This document shows, piece after piece, positions 33,281 to 43,974 of a stretch of DNA of 64,000 bases (the first letter of the stretch is position 1; each line of letters opens with the position of its first letter). Both the position numbers and the translations under genes were made by a program. The stretch is from an uncultured Chloroflexia bacterium (GTDB lineage: Bacteria; Chloroflexota; UBA6077; JACCZL01): assembly GCA_963765765.1 (NCBI GenBank), contig CAVXYC010000032.1:32001-96000 (forward strand), in the 5' to 3' direction. Under the pieces are notes generated by a model, which saw only the letters and a program-made list of their open reading frames with translations, made no database searches and was not told the DNA's origin.

Positions 33281-33690
33281 TCCTTGCCGTAGCTCCGACG
33301 AGCGGCGGGATTCAGTCGGCAGCACGTACGATTCTGGTGGTCGACCATCGGGAAACCATCCGCCGCGTCCTGGCGTTGATTCTGGAGAGCGAGGGTTTTC
33401 AAGTGGTGTCCACCGATACGGCCTCGGCGGCTGTGGCGCTGGCGTTTGAGATTCAGCCCGCGGTGGTGATGTTAGATCTATCTCTCGCGCAGCAATCCGC
33501 TATCAAAGCTCTCAAATCGCTAAAAGCTGATGCGCGCACTGGCAACGTGCCGGTGATCCTGCTCACCACTCATTCCGACGCCGTGAGCGATGTGGACCGG
33601 ACTCAGGCCGCTGCCGTGCTGACCAAGCCACTTGATCTCGACGCCATGGTGGCACAGGTTCGCGGTCTGGTGACGCTGTCGGTTGAGTGA
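33277..33690 (+). CDS. Single-domain response regulator
   Basis: TILVVDH, VMLDLSL, VPVILLT, LTKPLD. Confidence 0.85.
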   Translation: MILAVAPTSGGIQSAARTILVVDHRETIRRVLALILESEGFQVVSTDTASAAVALAFEIQPAVVMLDLSLAQQSAIKALKSLKADARTGNVPVILLTTHSDAVSDVDRTQAAAVLTKPLDLDAMVAQVRGLVTLSVE

Positions 33691-33751
33691 GGCGTGTTGA
33701 TATGGGCTACCGGGAGGACAACCCTACCCGCTCACCCAACTTGGCTATACA

Positions 33752-34258
33752 TCAGAACTCCCACCGTGTCGCGGACGCCTGAAAATCGGCCTCGCGCCAG
33801 CCATGAGCGACTGACGTTTTGACGGCAAACCAGGCCGAATCCTCGCCGGGAAGGGTTGATACGTCGATGCCGTATTTCTCCTGATACGCCGAGCCCAGTC
33901 CAGCGATATCGTCCGTATGGTTGAAGCGCTCCACGTTGCCCTCCAGGATGACCACCTCGTCGCCGCTCTCCAGGTGAACGACCACGTGACCTGTGGCAAC
34001 CAGGTTGCGCCCCTTTGCTGACCGGGTATCGGTACTGAAGTACAGCGTTCCATCCAGTACCACGCCCCATACGGGCGCAGCATGCGGTTGCCCGTCTGGC
34101 GATGCCGTACATACCCAGTAATTGCGGGCAGTTTGGAGCCGCTCGAGGGCCCATGGCCATGAGATGAGTCCGCTATCGCTCGTTTCAATGCCATAGTCCG
34201 CCGGAAAGCGTGGACGGCCAGATTTGGGCTCGCGTGCGGGCTGTCCCATGTCGGTCAT
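33752..34258 (-). CDS. Pyridoxamine 5'-phosphate oxidase-family protein
   Basis: NYWVCTASPDGQPHAAPVWGV, KGRNL; AGGAG RBS. Confidence 0.85.
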   Translation of the reverse strand: MTDMGQPAREPKSGRPRFPADYGIETSDSGLISWPWALERLQTARNYWVCTASPDGQPHAAPVWGVVLDGTLYFSTDTRSAKGRNLVATGHVVVHLESGDEVVILEGNVERFNHTDDIAGLGSAYQEKYGIDVSTLPGEDSAWFAVKTSVAHGWREADFQASATRWEF

Positions 34259-34450
34259 CGTGTCGGCTCCTTCTAACACTGAAGGTCCGTCCCTCGCGTT
34301 AACGAAGGCCGCTCCTGCGTCGCCGCGCATGGGCGTGCGCATTGTCGCCATTACTCCATTCACGGACACGCGTACAGGCGTCATTCCCGCGCTGCCAGTG
34401 TACGCTGCCGTTCCCGTCGACACGACAGAACGGGTATCCTGGCCCCGCCC

Positions 34451-34900
34451 ATGAGCGCCGTGTCAGCCCGACTACCCGATCCAACGACGACTAATCAGTG
34501 ATCGTGGCGCTGGTCGTCGGCGTTTCGTTTCTGGGGTTCGACATCACGGGCCCATTCATGCCGCTACTTGCGCGCGAGCTTGGTGTGACGGACCCGCAGC
34601 AGGCCGCGTTCTAGGGCGGGATACTCAATGCCACAACCCCCGCGGTTGGCGTAGTGTCCGCGCCGATGTCGGGCCTGGTAGCGGACCGCCTCGGCCCCAA
34701 GTACATGGCGGCACGCTCGCTCGCCGGTTTTGTAATCACCTACACGGCCGTGGCCTTTGTGACCGATCTCTGGCAAGTCTGGGCTCTGCGAGTGGCAACC
34801 GGTCTTATGCAGGCTATCTGCCAACGATGGTGGCGCTGATGGTAGCCACCCGCTCCGCGGGAGCACTTGGGCCAGCGCTCGCTGGAGCGCTGGCGACGAT
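34451..34900 (+). pseudogene. Degraded MFS transporter fragment
   Basis: PFMPLLARELGVTDPQQAAF-TAG-GG..., GLVADRLGPK; in-frame stop plus indels, then truncation. Confidence 0.7.
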
Positions 34901-35363
34901 CAATATTCAGTCAATATTTCTCATTGACTCGGGGCTGTTCCCGGTTGGCCTTGCACTTACGCTGTTTGTCTGGAAACGAAACTCCTCGGACTAATTCCAA
35001 CCGGTGTGGAAGCGCAGCCTGCACTTTTCCTCTTAGCTCAGGTCGATTGTCCTAGGTGTTGTCGTTGTCGCCACCCTGATCCACGGGCGCGGTGTTGTCG
35101 TTATCGTTGCCGCTCGGGTAGGAAAGAATCACCCAGTCACTCACGAGAACTCATTGCCCTGCTGTGATCCGTTGAACGAGATGGTGGCGTCAAGCTGAAT
35201 ATCGCTGATATTGCCGGGGCCCGGTAGCATCAGCAGGATTGGAGCACCACCCACGCTTACGAGCAGGCAAGGCGGATCAGATTCCGTATCTGCACCGGTG
35301 ATCGTTCCGGTGCGCCCGCCTGTCAGTACAGAGGGTTTAGTGCACAGTTCAGGCCGGGTATTG

Positions 35364-36176
35364 CTAAGGTGAAGGAAACGTTTCTCGCCAGGAGTTTGCG
35401 CGGCTCCTCTCACCCTGAACTGTGACTCGCCCCATTGCCTCGAGCTCGCTGAGATCAGCACGACCATAAAGCCAGCGCGCGAGGCCAGCAGCGTCTCCTT
35501 CGATGGTCACATCGGCGGCGTCGGCTTGGCGACTGATCGTCGCCCCGTCTTCTGATGATCGGATCAGCCACGTTGCGTCTGGCACTCCCGTCGCGTGGAT
35601 TCTCCAGCTCCCAGGGTTTGCCACGCCCGATCGGCGAAACAGCGGAAGATTGTTCTCGAGAATCGCTGGCAAGATGTATTGAGCGACGTCGTTGTCGATC
35701 TCTGATTCTCGCCCGACTGATGTCTCCAGGTCCCAGTTGTGAAACGCAAGCTCAACGACCCGCTGATCCACAATCCACGACGCCGGCATAAGCCAACGGG
35801 GGTGGGGGCAGGGCTGCTCAAGCTCCGCGGCACTCAGCCCGGCGAGCCGATCGCGCAAATCGCGGTGACTCGACTCGAAGGTTTCCGTCAACGCTTCGTT
35901 CGGCATCTCTCCCAGCTCCTTTTGACGCAGCTCACGCTCCTCATTCGTTTGCGGGAACGTCTGCCCACCGCTCAGCCCGGTATCGAGCATGACGTTGAAC
36001 ATTTCCGCATTGCGTACCAGGTGCGCCACGATGGTCTTTACCACCCACGGCGGGCAGTTGGTAGGTCGTGCCCAGTCTTCAGGTCGAAGGGAGCGAGCGG
36101 TGACGACTAGCTGTTCGCCAATAAGCGTCTGTAACGGCAGCGCCTCGGTACGCCGCCGTTCTCGTTCCGTTGGCAT
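35364..36176 (-). CDS. Maleylpyruvate isomerase (MDMPI)-family protein
   Basis: DWARPTNCPPWVVKTIVAHL, ELAFHNWDL, C-terminal SCP2-like part. Confidence 0.85.
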   Translation of the reverse strand: MPTERERRRTEALPLQTLIGEQLVVTARSLRPEDWARPTNCPPWVVKTIVAHLVRNAEMFNVMLDTGLSGGQTFPQTNEERELRQKELGEMPNEALTETFESSHRDLRDRLAGLSAAELEQPCPHPRWLMPASWIVDQRVVELAFHNWDLETSVGRESEIDNDVAQYILPAILENNLPLFRRSGVANPGSWRIHATGVPDATWLIRSSEDGATISRQADAADVTIEGDAAGLARWLYGRADLSELEAMGRVTVQGERSRANSWRETFPSP

Positions 36177-36194
36177 GGTGAGCTCCTGTTCGCG

Positions 36195-36713
36195 TTACGG
36201 GTGTTCCTGATGTTCGAATCGACCGGAGTAGTGGCCTGAGCCAATGGTTTCTTCGAAGACAAACTGGCAGATCTTGATACCTGGTCGGATAGCAAGCGGC
36301 ATGGGTCCAGCATTGTTCATTTCGAGTGTCTGATGATTGTCTATGCCCGGGTGCATGAAGCTGGCTGTAATGTGCACCATCAGACCGATCCGAGCAAACC
36401 TACTGCGGCCCTGAAGCCAGCCGCAGAGATTGTCGGGGAGCGTCACGCGCTCTCGAGTCAGCCCGTGGGCCGTCTCTCCGGGCATGAGGACGAAATAGTC
36501 GCCATCGTCGATCGTGATCAGATCGGTAACTGACTCGTAATCGGCGGCCTCCGTCACGTGAAAGATGTCCCGAACGCGTTTGAAGACGCGAAACTGATTG
36601 CCAAGGTGCAGGTCCACAGAAGCCGGGCCAACTTGGGCCTCGACGAATGGGTCGACGCGAATGATGCCCGCTTTGATGCGACGAAGAATCTCATCGCGCG
36701 CCAGAATAGCCAT
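36195..36713 (-). CDS. dcd: dCTP deaminase
   Basis: QVGPASVDLHLG, GRSRFARIGL, TLEMNN, ICQFVF. Confidence 0.92.
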   Translation of the reverse strand: MAILARDEILRRIKAGIIRVDPFVEAQVGPASVDLHLGNQFRVFKRVRDIFHVTEAADYESVTDLITIDDGDYFVLMPGETAHGLTRERVTLPDNLCGWLQGRSRFARIGLMVHITASFMHPGIDNHQTLEMNNAGPMPLAIRPGIKICQFVFEETIGSGHYSGRFEHQEHP

Positions 36714-36784
36714 GATGCTCCCAGTCGTCTCTAATCTCGGGCGAATGAGCGCCGCTCAACCTTTGCGGCTGTCAGGGGAAAAGG

Positions 36785-36817
36785 AAAGGGCCGTCCACCC
36801 AGGATCGGCCCTTTTTT
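36785..36817. terminator. Intrinsic terminator, potentially bidirectional
   Basis: AAAGGGCCG...CGGCCCTTTTTT, T-rich tails on both strands. Confidence 0.75.
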
Positions 36818-36844
36818 GTCGAACAACGACGATTCTTCTGAACT

Positions 36845-37832
36845 TTACTTCTTTTCTACTTCAATGCCGTCAGCGTATTGAGCAACGTTTTGGTCATCGC
36901 TGACTCTCATATGAATCATTGCGGTCCCGATCTTTGCGCCTGAAGGGATATCAGCTCCATCTTGCACTCGCCCTTACTCGTGGCATCAGTGCTATCGAAG
37001 TTTCTTCTGCGCCGCCATTGAGCTCACGAGTAGCCCAGCACGATGCGCCCTGGTTATCGCGACTGTGACCGCGAGACGTTCACCCTGCTTGATACTGCTG
37101 TGAACGTCCTCGAACTTGAGCATCATTGAGCCGTTACTACCCGGGGCTCGTGCCGGGTGCAAAGACCTGTGTGACATCTTCGAAGTCGATGCTCTGGCCG
37201 CCGCTTTTTACCGTAACTTTGACGTCAGCGTCTCCGAGGCGCGCATCATCAGGGATCACAACTTCCATCTTGCATTCGGATTTGGACGTCTTGCCCGATG
37301 TGAACGCCGCCGTCTTGCCGCCTTTGAATTGGATCTTGCCATCGCAGGTCGACCCGTCCGTCGCCTCAATAACGACCTTGAAGGTCTGATTCTGTTCGAC
37401 GCTACTGGGCAGCGTCTTGAATGTCGGGGATATTGGCTCGGAGCTATCCGGCTTTGGCGGCGCTGTGGCTGCGGTTGAGACTGTGGCTGTGGCTGTGCGT
37501 GATGGAGTGGAGGAGCCGCTGGACACGCCCGTGCTGGAATTGCTGCCCCCTAACGTCGTTCCGCCGAACGTGCCGGCGGGCGCTGCGCTCATGGCCTCCA
37601 CGGGAACGAGGCCGGACAGGAACGGCTCACCCTCGGGGTATCCGTTGATCACCTCGTCGGTCAACGCCACCGGCGACACGAGGTGTCTTTGACCACTTCG
37701 GATGAGAAAGATAAAGCCGTCTGAGCGGATGGCGAGCTGATTCTCGGCGGGATCGGACTGGGCCGCAACCGGAATGACGAGTCCACCGATCACTAGTCCC
37801 GCCACGAAGAGCAATATTCCGCGAAATTTCAT
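36845..37832 (-). CDS. Secreted protein with two tandem beta-rich domains (second domain broken by frameshifts)
   Basis: Signal peptide MKFRGILLFV, S/T linker, domain 1 GSTCDG...SECKMEVVIPDDARLG; downstream frames give GASCWA...SKGECKMEL.IPSGAKIG...GIEVEKK. Confidence 0.7.
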
Positions 37833-37946
37833 GGTAATTCCTCTCGGTAGACCAATGGGCCGGGCTGGACAGTGTGCCACAGGCCGCCCCGCGAGGGCCA
37901 ACATGTGAGAACATCTCGATTCTGTAACAATTGGACCCGAATGGTG

Positions 37947-39206
37947 TTATTCGGCTCGTTCCAGAAGTGCAAAGGCCCGCTCTACCCAGCTCTGCGCGAG
38001 ATGGACCTTGCGCTTATCCACAGCGCTCGAGGCGCCGGCGGGACATTGAGAGACCCATCTAGGGATGCACTCGTAGACGCCATAGTAGACGCCGCCATCG
38101 TGTCCATCAAAGAGCACGGTGCTGAGATCACGTAACGATTCCCGCGCGTTGGTGAGCCAGCGCTCGTCTGGATCAACTTCATATAGCTCGAGTAGGCCGC
38201 TCGATGACCAGGCGCTGTAGTGGCTGAACACCTGTGGAATACCGAGCTCAAACTCGTATCCCCCCAGGGGCGAACGAAACCGTTCGAGATTCTCCGCTAA
38301 AACACGGGCGCGGTCCAGGTGGTCTAGTCGCGTGTCTCCGAGTGCACGCATCGCTAGGTGTGCCTCTATCATGATTGCCTGGTCGTAGTTCACATAGCTG
38401 GGCGGCGGCGCGTGAGTACTGGCCATGTTGTCTCGAAATCCGTAGCGATACAGCCCCATCGCCGGATCGAAGAGCTGGTCACTCCAGCTCATGGCAAGCT
38501 CTGCCCAGTTGCGATACTCTCTGTTGTCTGTTGCGCGATAGAGCCGCGCAAAGAGCTGCGCCGCCATTCCAGCGGTCTGGACAGGCTTGCCAGCCTCAGA
38601 GCGCTCGCGTTGGCTGTTCCACCAGAAGCCGCCGCCGAATTGTTCGTCCCAGAGTCCTGAATCGATCAAGTATCGGGCGGCCCGAGTGGCGCCGCGCAGC
38701 GCGCGGTCCTGAAGCTCCTGGTCTCGGACATACTCGGCGGCGTCCAGCATGGCGATACCAGCGATGGCATTGTCATCGGCATAGATGTCACGGGTGGTGA
38801 TATTGGTGCCATCCAGGTCTGATCTGGGCGCATAGCCACCAGGAAACGTCTCTTGCCAGAGGCTCTCTAGATAGTCAAATCCCCGCTCAATGCTGCAATT
38901 CAGTCGAGCGTTCGAGTCGCCACTGACTCGGGCAAGTGCAACGTCTGCCATAACCTGGCTGGAGACATACCAGTGGTCGGCAATGGTAGCGCCGGGCTCG
39001 CGAGCATATGTGAGGTGTCGTGCCGTCTGGCATACGCCCGTGGGGTAAGGGACGGCCAGTCGGCTCCATGTATAGCGCTCGATCTCGGCCGCGATCTGCC
39101 CCGACGTGGCGGTCGCCGGTTGGCTTGATGGCGGCATGAGCCAGACCACAACGGCGAATGCGAGCAGTGCTACACCGACGCGAATCAGCAGGGTATCGAT
39201 TCTCAC
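37947..39206 (-). CDS. Secreted glycoside hydrolase, GH76-like
   Basis: IYADDNAIAG, LWDEQFGGGFWW, YDQAIMI; N-terminal TM/signal. Confidence 0.75.
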   Translation of the reverse strand: MRIDTLLIRVGVALLAFAVVVWLMPPSSQPATATSGQIAAEIERYTWSRLAVPYPTGVCQTARHLTYAREPGATIADHWYVSSQVMADVALARVSGDSNARLNCSIERGFDYLESLWQETFPGGYAPRSDLDGTNITTRDIYADDNAIAGIAMLDAAEYVRDQELQDRALRGATRAARYLIDSGLWDEQFGGGFWWNSQRERSEAGKPVQTAGMAAQLFARLYRATDNREYRNWAELAMSWSDQLFDPAMGLYRYGFRDNMASTHAPPPSYVNYDQAIMIEAHLAMRALGDTRLDHLDRARVLAENLERFRSPLGGYEFELGIPQVFSHYSAWSSSGLLELYEVDPDERWLTNARESLRDLSTVLFDGHDGGVYYGVYECIPRWVSQCPAGASSAVDKRKVHLAQSWVERAFALLERAE

Positions 39207-39302
39207 AGTCTTGGATGGAGGTTAATGGAAGCGGGGGCTCGAGTGCAGGCCGATGATGAAATGATGAATACGGAATTAAATTCCGCGCCTCGCGCCTCTT
39301 CT

Positions 39303-39947
39303 TTACGCGATCAGCGCCGCGATGACTCCGACGAGGAAGACTCCGTCGAAGACGCCCGCGCCGCCGATGCTCAGCATGAGGGCTGGCATGCGGCGCACCG
39401 CGGGCAGGTTCAGTAAATCGGCCCCGATCAGCGTTCCAAGTGTCCCGCCAATGTACGCTACCGGGGCGGCCTGGCCGCTTGCGAGAAGCATGGCTATGGC
39501 AGCACTCAGGAGCGGTGGGACGAATGCGGGAAGCGTAATCCCCACGCCGGGTGTCACGCGGGCGAGCGCTTTACACACCGCCGCCACGATAACAATGGTA
39601 ACGAGGGTCTGAAGCAGGGGCGCACGCGGAGCAAGATAGGCGGAGAGTGCCAGTGGGATGATGGCCCCGCCAACATTGATGGCGAGAACTCGCTGCCGCA
39701 CCACTGGAGGGTAGTAATAGAAGAAACGCATGATCCCGCGAGGTAGCTGCTGGACGACTACACGCTCACTACTCAATGGGATATTGATCATGCCGCCCAC
39801 AAGCGACGCGAAGAGCACCATCAATGCGGCCTCGGAAGAGAGACCGAGACGCGCGAACGAAAACGTCGCGAGATTCAGGTAGATCAGCGCCAGAATCAGC
39901 GGCGTTACCAGCACAAGCAGTACGCCCAGCGGCAAGCACGCCAGCAT
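39303..39947 (-). CDS. DUF1614 membrane protein
   Basis: INIPL, AINVGGAIIP, GTLIGADLLNL, SIGGAGVFDGVFL. Confidence 0.88.
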   Translation of the reverse strand: MLACLPLGVLLVLVTPLILALIYLNLATFSFARLGLSSEAALMVLFASLVGGMINIPLSSERVVVQQLPRGIMRFFYYYPPVVRQRVLAINVGGAIIPLALSAYLAPRAPLLQTLVTIVIVAAVCKALARVTPGVGITLPAFVPPLLSAAIAMLLASGQAAPVAYIGGTLGTLIGADLLNLPAVRRMPALMLSIGGAGVFDGVFLVGVIAALIA

Positions 39948-40086
39948 GATTCAGTTTAGACAAAGGGCACACGACCTGGGCTTCGCGCATGCTGTTGGAA
40001 GGGTTCGCTTCCAGCTTCTCCTGTCCCGATTGACAGTCCGGAAGTGTGCCGCCTATAGTGACGCCATCGGACGCCCGGAGGACGGC

Positions 40087-41127
40087 ATGACTTCCACACT
40101 TCCCCGAACTGCTTTGGATGGCTTCTACCAGAAGGTTCAGCAGCTCAATATGCGACCCCTGTGGCTCAACACCGGCGGCGGATCCGAGCCCGATGAGCAG
40201 ATCAAGGCGATGCACTGGCGATGGTCCGACATTCGGGCATGCATGGTGGAAGCCGGCAATCTCATGCCCGTGGGAAGTGCGGACGCCGAGAGGCGAGTAC
40301 TCACGCTTCAGAATCCCAGCATCCCGAGTGGGCGTGGCTCCACACAGACAATCCAGGCTGCCGTGCAGATGATTCACGGCGATGAGCGGGCTCCGTCTCA
40401 TCGGCATACGATCGCAGCCATCCGTTTCATCATTGAAGGCAGCGGAGCTGTCACGATCGTTGACGGTGAGCCGTTGGTAATGGAGCCCGGCGATTTCTTA
40501 CTTACGCCCAACTGGACCTGGCATGGCCACACCAAGGAGACGGACGGCGAGATGTTCTGGCTGGACGTGCTCGACGCGCCGTTTGTCCGAGGGCAGAACT
40601 GGATGTTCTACGAGGAGTATCCCGGCGATGACCTGCAGCCCCCAAACGTGGGACGTGACGATTCGCTACGTCGGTTGGGTCTGCCCGGGATGCGACCGCT
40701 CACGTATCGCCCGAACGGCAAGTCGTACTCGCCGCTCTTTACTTACAAGTGGACCGAGGCGCGCCCCGCGCTGGATCGTCTGAGCGATGCCGATGCCAGT
40801 CCTTACGATGGGCGAGCAATTCGATACGTCAATCCGATCAGCGGCGGGCCAATAATGCCAACCATGGACGCTACGCTCCAGCTTCTGCGGCCAGGTGAAG
40901 AGACTCGAGCCCATCGTCACACGAGCAGCGCGGTTTACTACGTGGCCGAGGGTTCAGGTAGCAGCCAGATTGGCGATCAGACCTTCAATTGGACGACGAG
41001 TGACGTCTTTGCGGTACCGACATGGGCTCGTCATGCGCATCAGGCCGGCGGTGCCGGCGCGGTGCTCTTCTCGATCAGCGATCAGCCTGTCCTCGATGCA
41101 CTGGAGCTCTACCGGGAAGGCGAATGA
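40087..41127 (+). CDS. Gentisate 1,2-dioxygenase-like bicupin
   Basis: AERRVLTLQNP, APSHRHT, LTPNWTWHGH, YVNPISGG, AHRHT. Confidence 0.88.
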   Translation: MTSTLPRTALDGFYQKVQQLNMRPLWLNTGGGSEPDEQIKAMHWRWSDIRACMVEAGNLMPVGSADAERRVLTLQNPSIPSGRGSTQTIQAAVQMIHGDERAPSHRHTIAAIRFIIEGSGAVTIVDGEPLVMEPGDFLLTPNWTWHGHTKETDGEMFWLDVLDAPFVRGQNWMFYEEYPGDDLQPPNVGRDDSLRRLGLPGMRPLTYRPNGKSYSPLFTYKWTEARPALDRLSDADASPYDGRAIRYVNPISGGPIMPTMDATLQLLRPGEETRAHRHTSSAVYYVAEGSGSSQIGDQTFNWTTSDVFAVPTWARHAHQAGGAGAVLFSISDQPVLDALELYREGE

Positions 41128-41184
41128 GCGGTGAGCGGCAGAACGAATACCGGGGCGATTTCCACCGACTGATGAGGATTGTTA

Positions 41185-42099
41185 ATGCCGCTTGATCCGC
41201 AGGTGCGCCGGTATCTGGACCAGCAAGCTGCGTTAGGTGCGCCTCCGCAACGGGAGATACCGCCTACGGTACAGCGGGCCAATCAGCGTGCTGCGCGCGT
41301 CCTGAATGTGACCGAGCGTGAGATTCCCGGGCCCAGCGGGTCCATCCCGTTGAGAACCTTTACCCCGGCAGGTCCGGGCCCGTGGCCCGTGCTGGTGTAC
41401 TTCCACGGTGGTGGATGGGTCATTGGGGATCTCGACGTTACCGATCTCCGCTGCCGACTATTGGCTGATTGGGGGCGCTGTCTGGTGGTCTCCGTCTACT
41501 ATCGGCACGCGCCCGAGCACCGATTCCCGGCGGCGATTGACGATAGCTACGCGGCGACTCTCTGGACCGCTGAGCACGCCTCGGAGCTCGGCGCGGATGC
41601 CGATCGATTGGCGGTGTGCGGCGACAGCGCTGGAGGCAATTTGGCCGCGGCCGTGACGCTCTTGGCCCGCGAGCGCGGCCCGCGAATCATGTTTCAGAAC
41701 CTCGTGTATCCGGTGGTGGACCATGACTTCAGCCGCGCTTCGTATATCGAGAACGCGGCGGGCTTTGGCCTATCACAGGACACCATGCGCTGGTACTGGG
41801 ATCAGTACGTCCCCGATGAGGCGCAGCGAGACGACCCGTTCTGCTCGCCGTTCCGGGCGGAGAATCTCAGTGGTCTTCCCCCTGCTTTCATCCAGACCGC
41901 GGAATTTGATCCCTTACGGGACGAGGGAGAGGCGTATGCGGAGCGTCTCCGCGCCGCCGGTGTGCCAGTAGTGCTCAAACGCTACGATGGAGTGATTCAC
42001 GGATTTGTGGGCCAGGCCGGAGAGTTCGACATCGGTAAGCAGGCGGTGATTGATGCCGTCACGGCCCTGAGGGAAGCTTTCTCTAGGGTTAGGGGTTAA
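41185..42099 (+). CDS. Alpha/beta hydrolase (HSL/Aes-type esterase)
   Basis: HGGGW, GDSAGGNL, DPLRDEG, HGF. Confidence 0.93.
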   Translation: MPLDPQVRRYLDQQAALGAPPQREIPPTVQRANQRAARVLNVTEREIPGPSGSIPLRTFTPAGPGPWPVLVYFHGGGWVIGDLDVTDLRCRLLADWGRCLVVSVYYRHAPEHRFPAAIDDSYAATLWTAEHASELGADADRLAVCGDSAGGNLAAAVTLLARERGPRIMFQNLVYPVVDHDFSRASYIENAAGFGLSQDTMRWYWDQYVPDEAQRDDPFCSPFRAENLSGLPPAFIQTAEFDPLRDEGEAYAERLRAAGVPVVLKRYDGVIHGFVGQAGEFDIGKQAVIDAVTALREAFSRVRG

Positions 42100-42597
42100 G
42101 AGTTAAGGGTTAAGAACGGGCCTGCTCGGCATTGAAACACCGAACAGGGTCTTGCTAGCTCGCCAGTCCCGCCTCAGTTCGGCTTCGAAGCTTGGCCCGC
42201 GCGCCGGCAACCCGTGCACCAACACCTATTCGTTGGTCTTAACCGAGTACACGCTGGTCCGAATTCAACGTATTTGGACGCCGCCAGAAGAGTCGGCAGC
42301 AACCCGCGGATTCGAGCGAGGATGTAAGAGGTCACCAGCAGGCAGTGTCGGGGGTATCCTCGGGTTTCCCGTTCGTGATTCGCGCTGCCGGGAACGTGAG
42401 CTAGCGTTTGCGGAGCCACCGTAAAGCCAGTTGACCACAACACTTGGAGTTGTCCCCGCCCCGGTGCCCAGGGCGGTTCACGCCTCGAGTGTCAGCCTTC
42501 GAGGACTACGAGCAGCTTCACGTCGGCGCCATGGTCAAGGCGATGCCGCGGACCCGCTAGGGCCGCCATCGCGCGCTGGCAGAGGTGAGCCCGGGGA

Positions 42598-43467
42598 TCA
42601 GGAAAGTGGTTTTCCACCGGTGACGCCCACGACCTCGCCGTTGATGTACCGTGACTCATCAGAAGCGAGGAACACGTAGAGCGGTGCGAGCTCGGCGGGC
42701 TGGGCCGGGCGGCCCATAGGGTAGCCCTCGCCGAAGTGCGCCGCCTTCTCCTCCGGGATGGTCGACACGATCAGCGGTGTCCAGACCGGCCGGGTGCCAC
42801 GGCATTTACCCGGATACCACGCGTGATCGTCTCCTGGGCGAGCGCCTTAGTGAACGTGACGATGGCACCTTTGCTCGTAGCATAGGGCAGGAGCTGGGGC
42901 GAGGGCTGGTAGGCCTGGATGGACGTGGTGTTGATGACCGCGCTGCCCTCGCCCATCAGCGGCAGGGCGGCCTGGGAGAGATGGAACATGGCCGAGATGT
43001 TGGTCCTCAGCGTGAACTCCCACTCATCGGCCGAAAACTCAGCGATGCCGTCACGCTGCATCTGGTACGCGGCGTTGTTGACCAGGACGTCCAGGCGCCC
43101 CAGCTCGTCGGTGGTCCTCCGGATGAGGTCGCGGCAATGGCTCGCCTCAGCGATGTCGCCCGGGGCGAGGACGGCCCGGCGGCCGGCCGCTTCGACGACC
43201 CGTGCGGTCTCGTGCGCGTCGGACTCCTCATTGAGGTACGAGATGAGGATGTCCGCCCCCTCGCGGGCGTAGGCCAGCGCCACCGCGCGACCAATCCCGC
43301 TGTCCGCGCCGGTGATGAGCGCGACCCGCCCTTGTAAGCGCCCACTTCCGCGGTAGGTCTGCTCGCCAAAATCGGGCCGTGGCTGCATCTCGGATTCGAG
43401 GGCCCGGATGGTCCTGGCGCTGTTCGGGGAAGGGTGGCTGGGGTTCAACCTGCTTGGGGTCCTGCAT
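42598..43467 (-). CDS. SDR oxidoreductase, YghA/YhdF-like (frameshifts ~43400 and ~42790)
   Basis: MQDPKQVEPQPPFPEQ, YRGSGRL, TGADSGIG, YATSKG, GEVVGVTGG. Confidence 0.9.
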
Positions 43468-43974
43468 GAGTTGTGTGCTCCTCTTGTGTTTAAGCGCTCG
43501 GCTCGGCAATCGATACTCCGCGCGCCGAGACCACCCCCGGGGATGTTCCCAGTGTGCGGACCACTGCCGGCCAGCAAGTACAACCGGCGTACCGTCACCT
43601 GCTGAGGCGGGGCGGCGGCGGACCAGCACCTGCTTGAGCGCATTGTGGCGATCGCGCCAGCCGTTGGGTGGGCCGACATCATGATGTCTGAGCGCCATTT
43701 CGCGGCCTCGGATGCAGGTCCCGTGCCGCACAGCCCCGCTTCAACGGCTCCTGAAGCGCCCGGACGTCAGCTGGGCCGTGGATCCCGAGATCGAGGTGCC
43801 GCTCATTTCCGTGGTGGTGCTTGACCGGTCGTCATGATCGATCGCGGGGAGGGCGCGGTGATCTTAATAGTGGGATTATCAGACCCTGGCCAGCTCTGCG
43901 GAAACCGCATGGCATAGCACCTGCGAGGCCGACGGTCGGCTCGCAGCGATACGCCGCGAGCGAAGGTGGTCTCT

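Noticed and set aside
32702-33325. N-terminal 200 aa of the 854-aa ORF
   Set aside because: Overlaps a divergent gene; the RBS and signal-like segment indicate a start at 32701.
38014-38022. Perfect DnaA box TTATCCACA
   Set aside because: Single copy inside a CDS; no cluster or AT-rich unwinding element.
42085-42114. Telomere-like TTAGGG/TTAAGGG run
   Set aside because: Only about four degenerate heptamers at a gene end; fits bacterial short tandem repeats.
42120-42590. Long gap possibly holding a tRNA or integration site
   Set aside because: No cloverleaf, T-loop/CCA or flanking direct repeat that I could identify.
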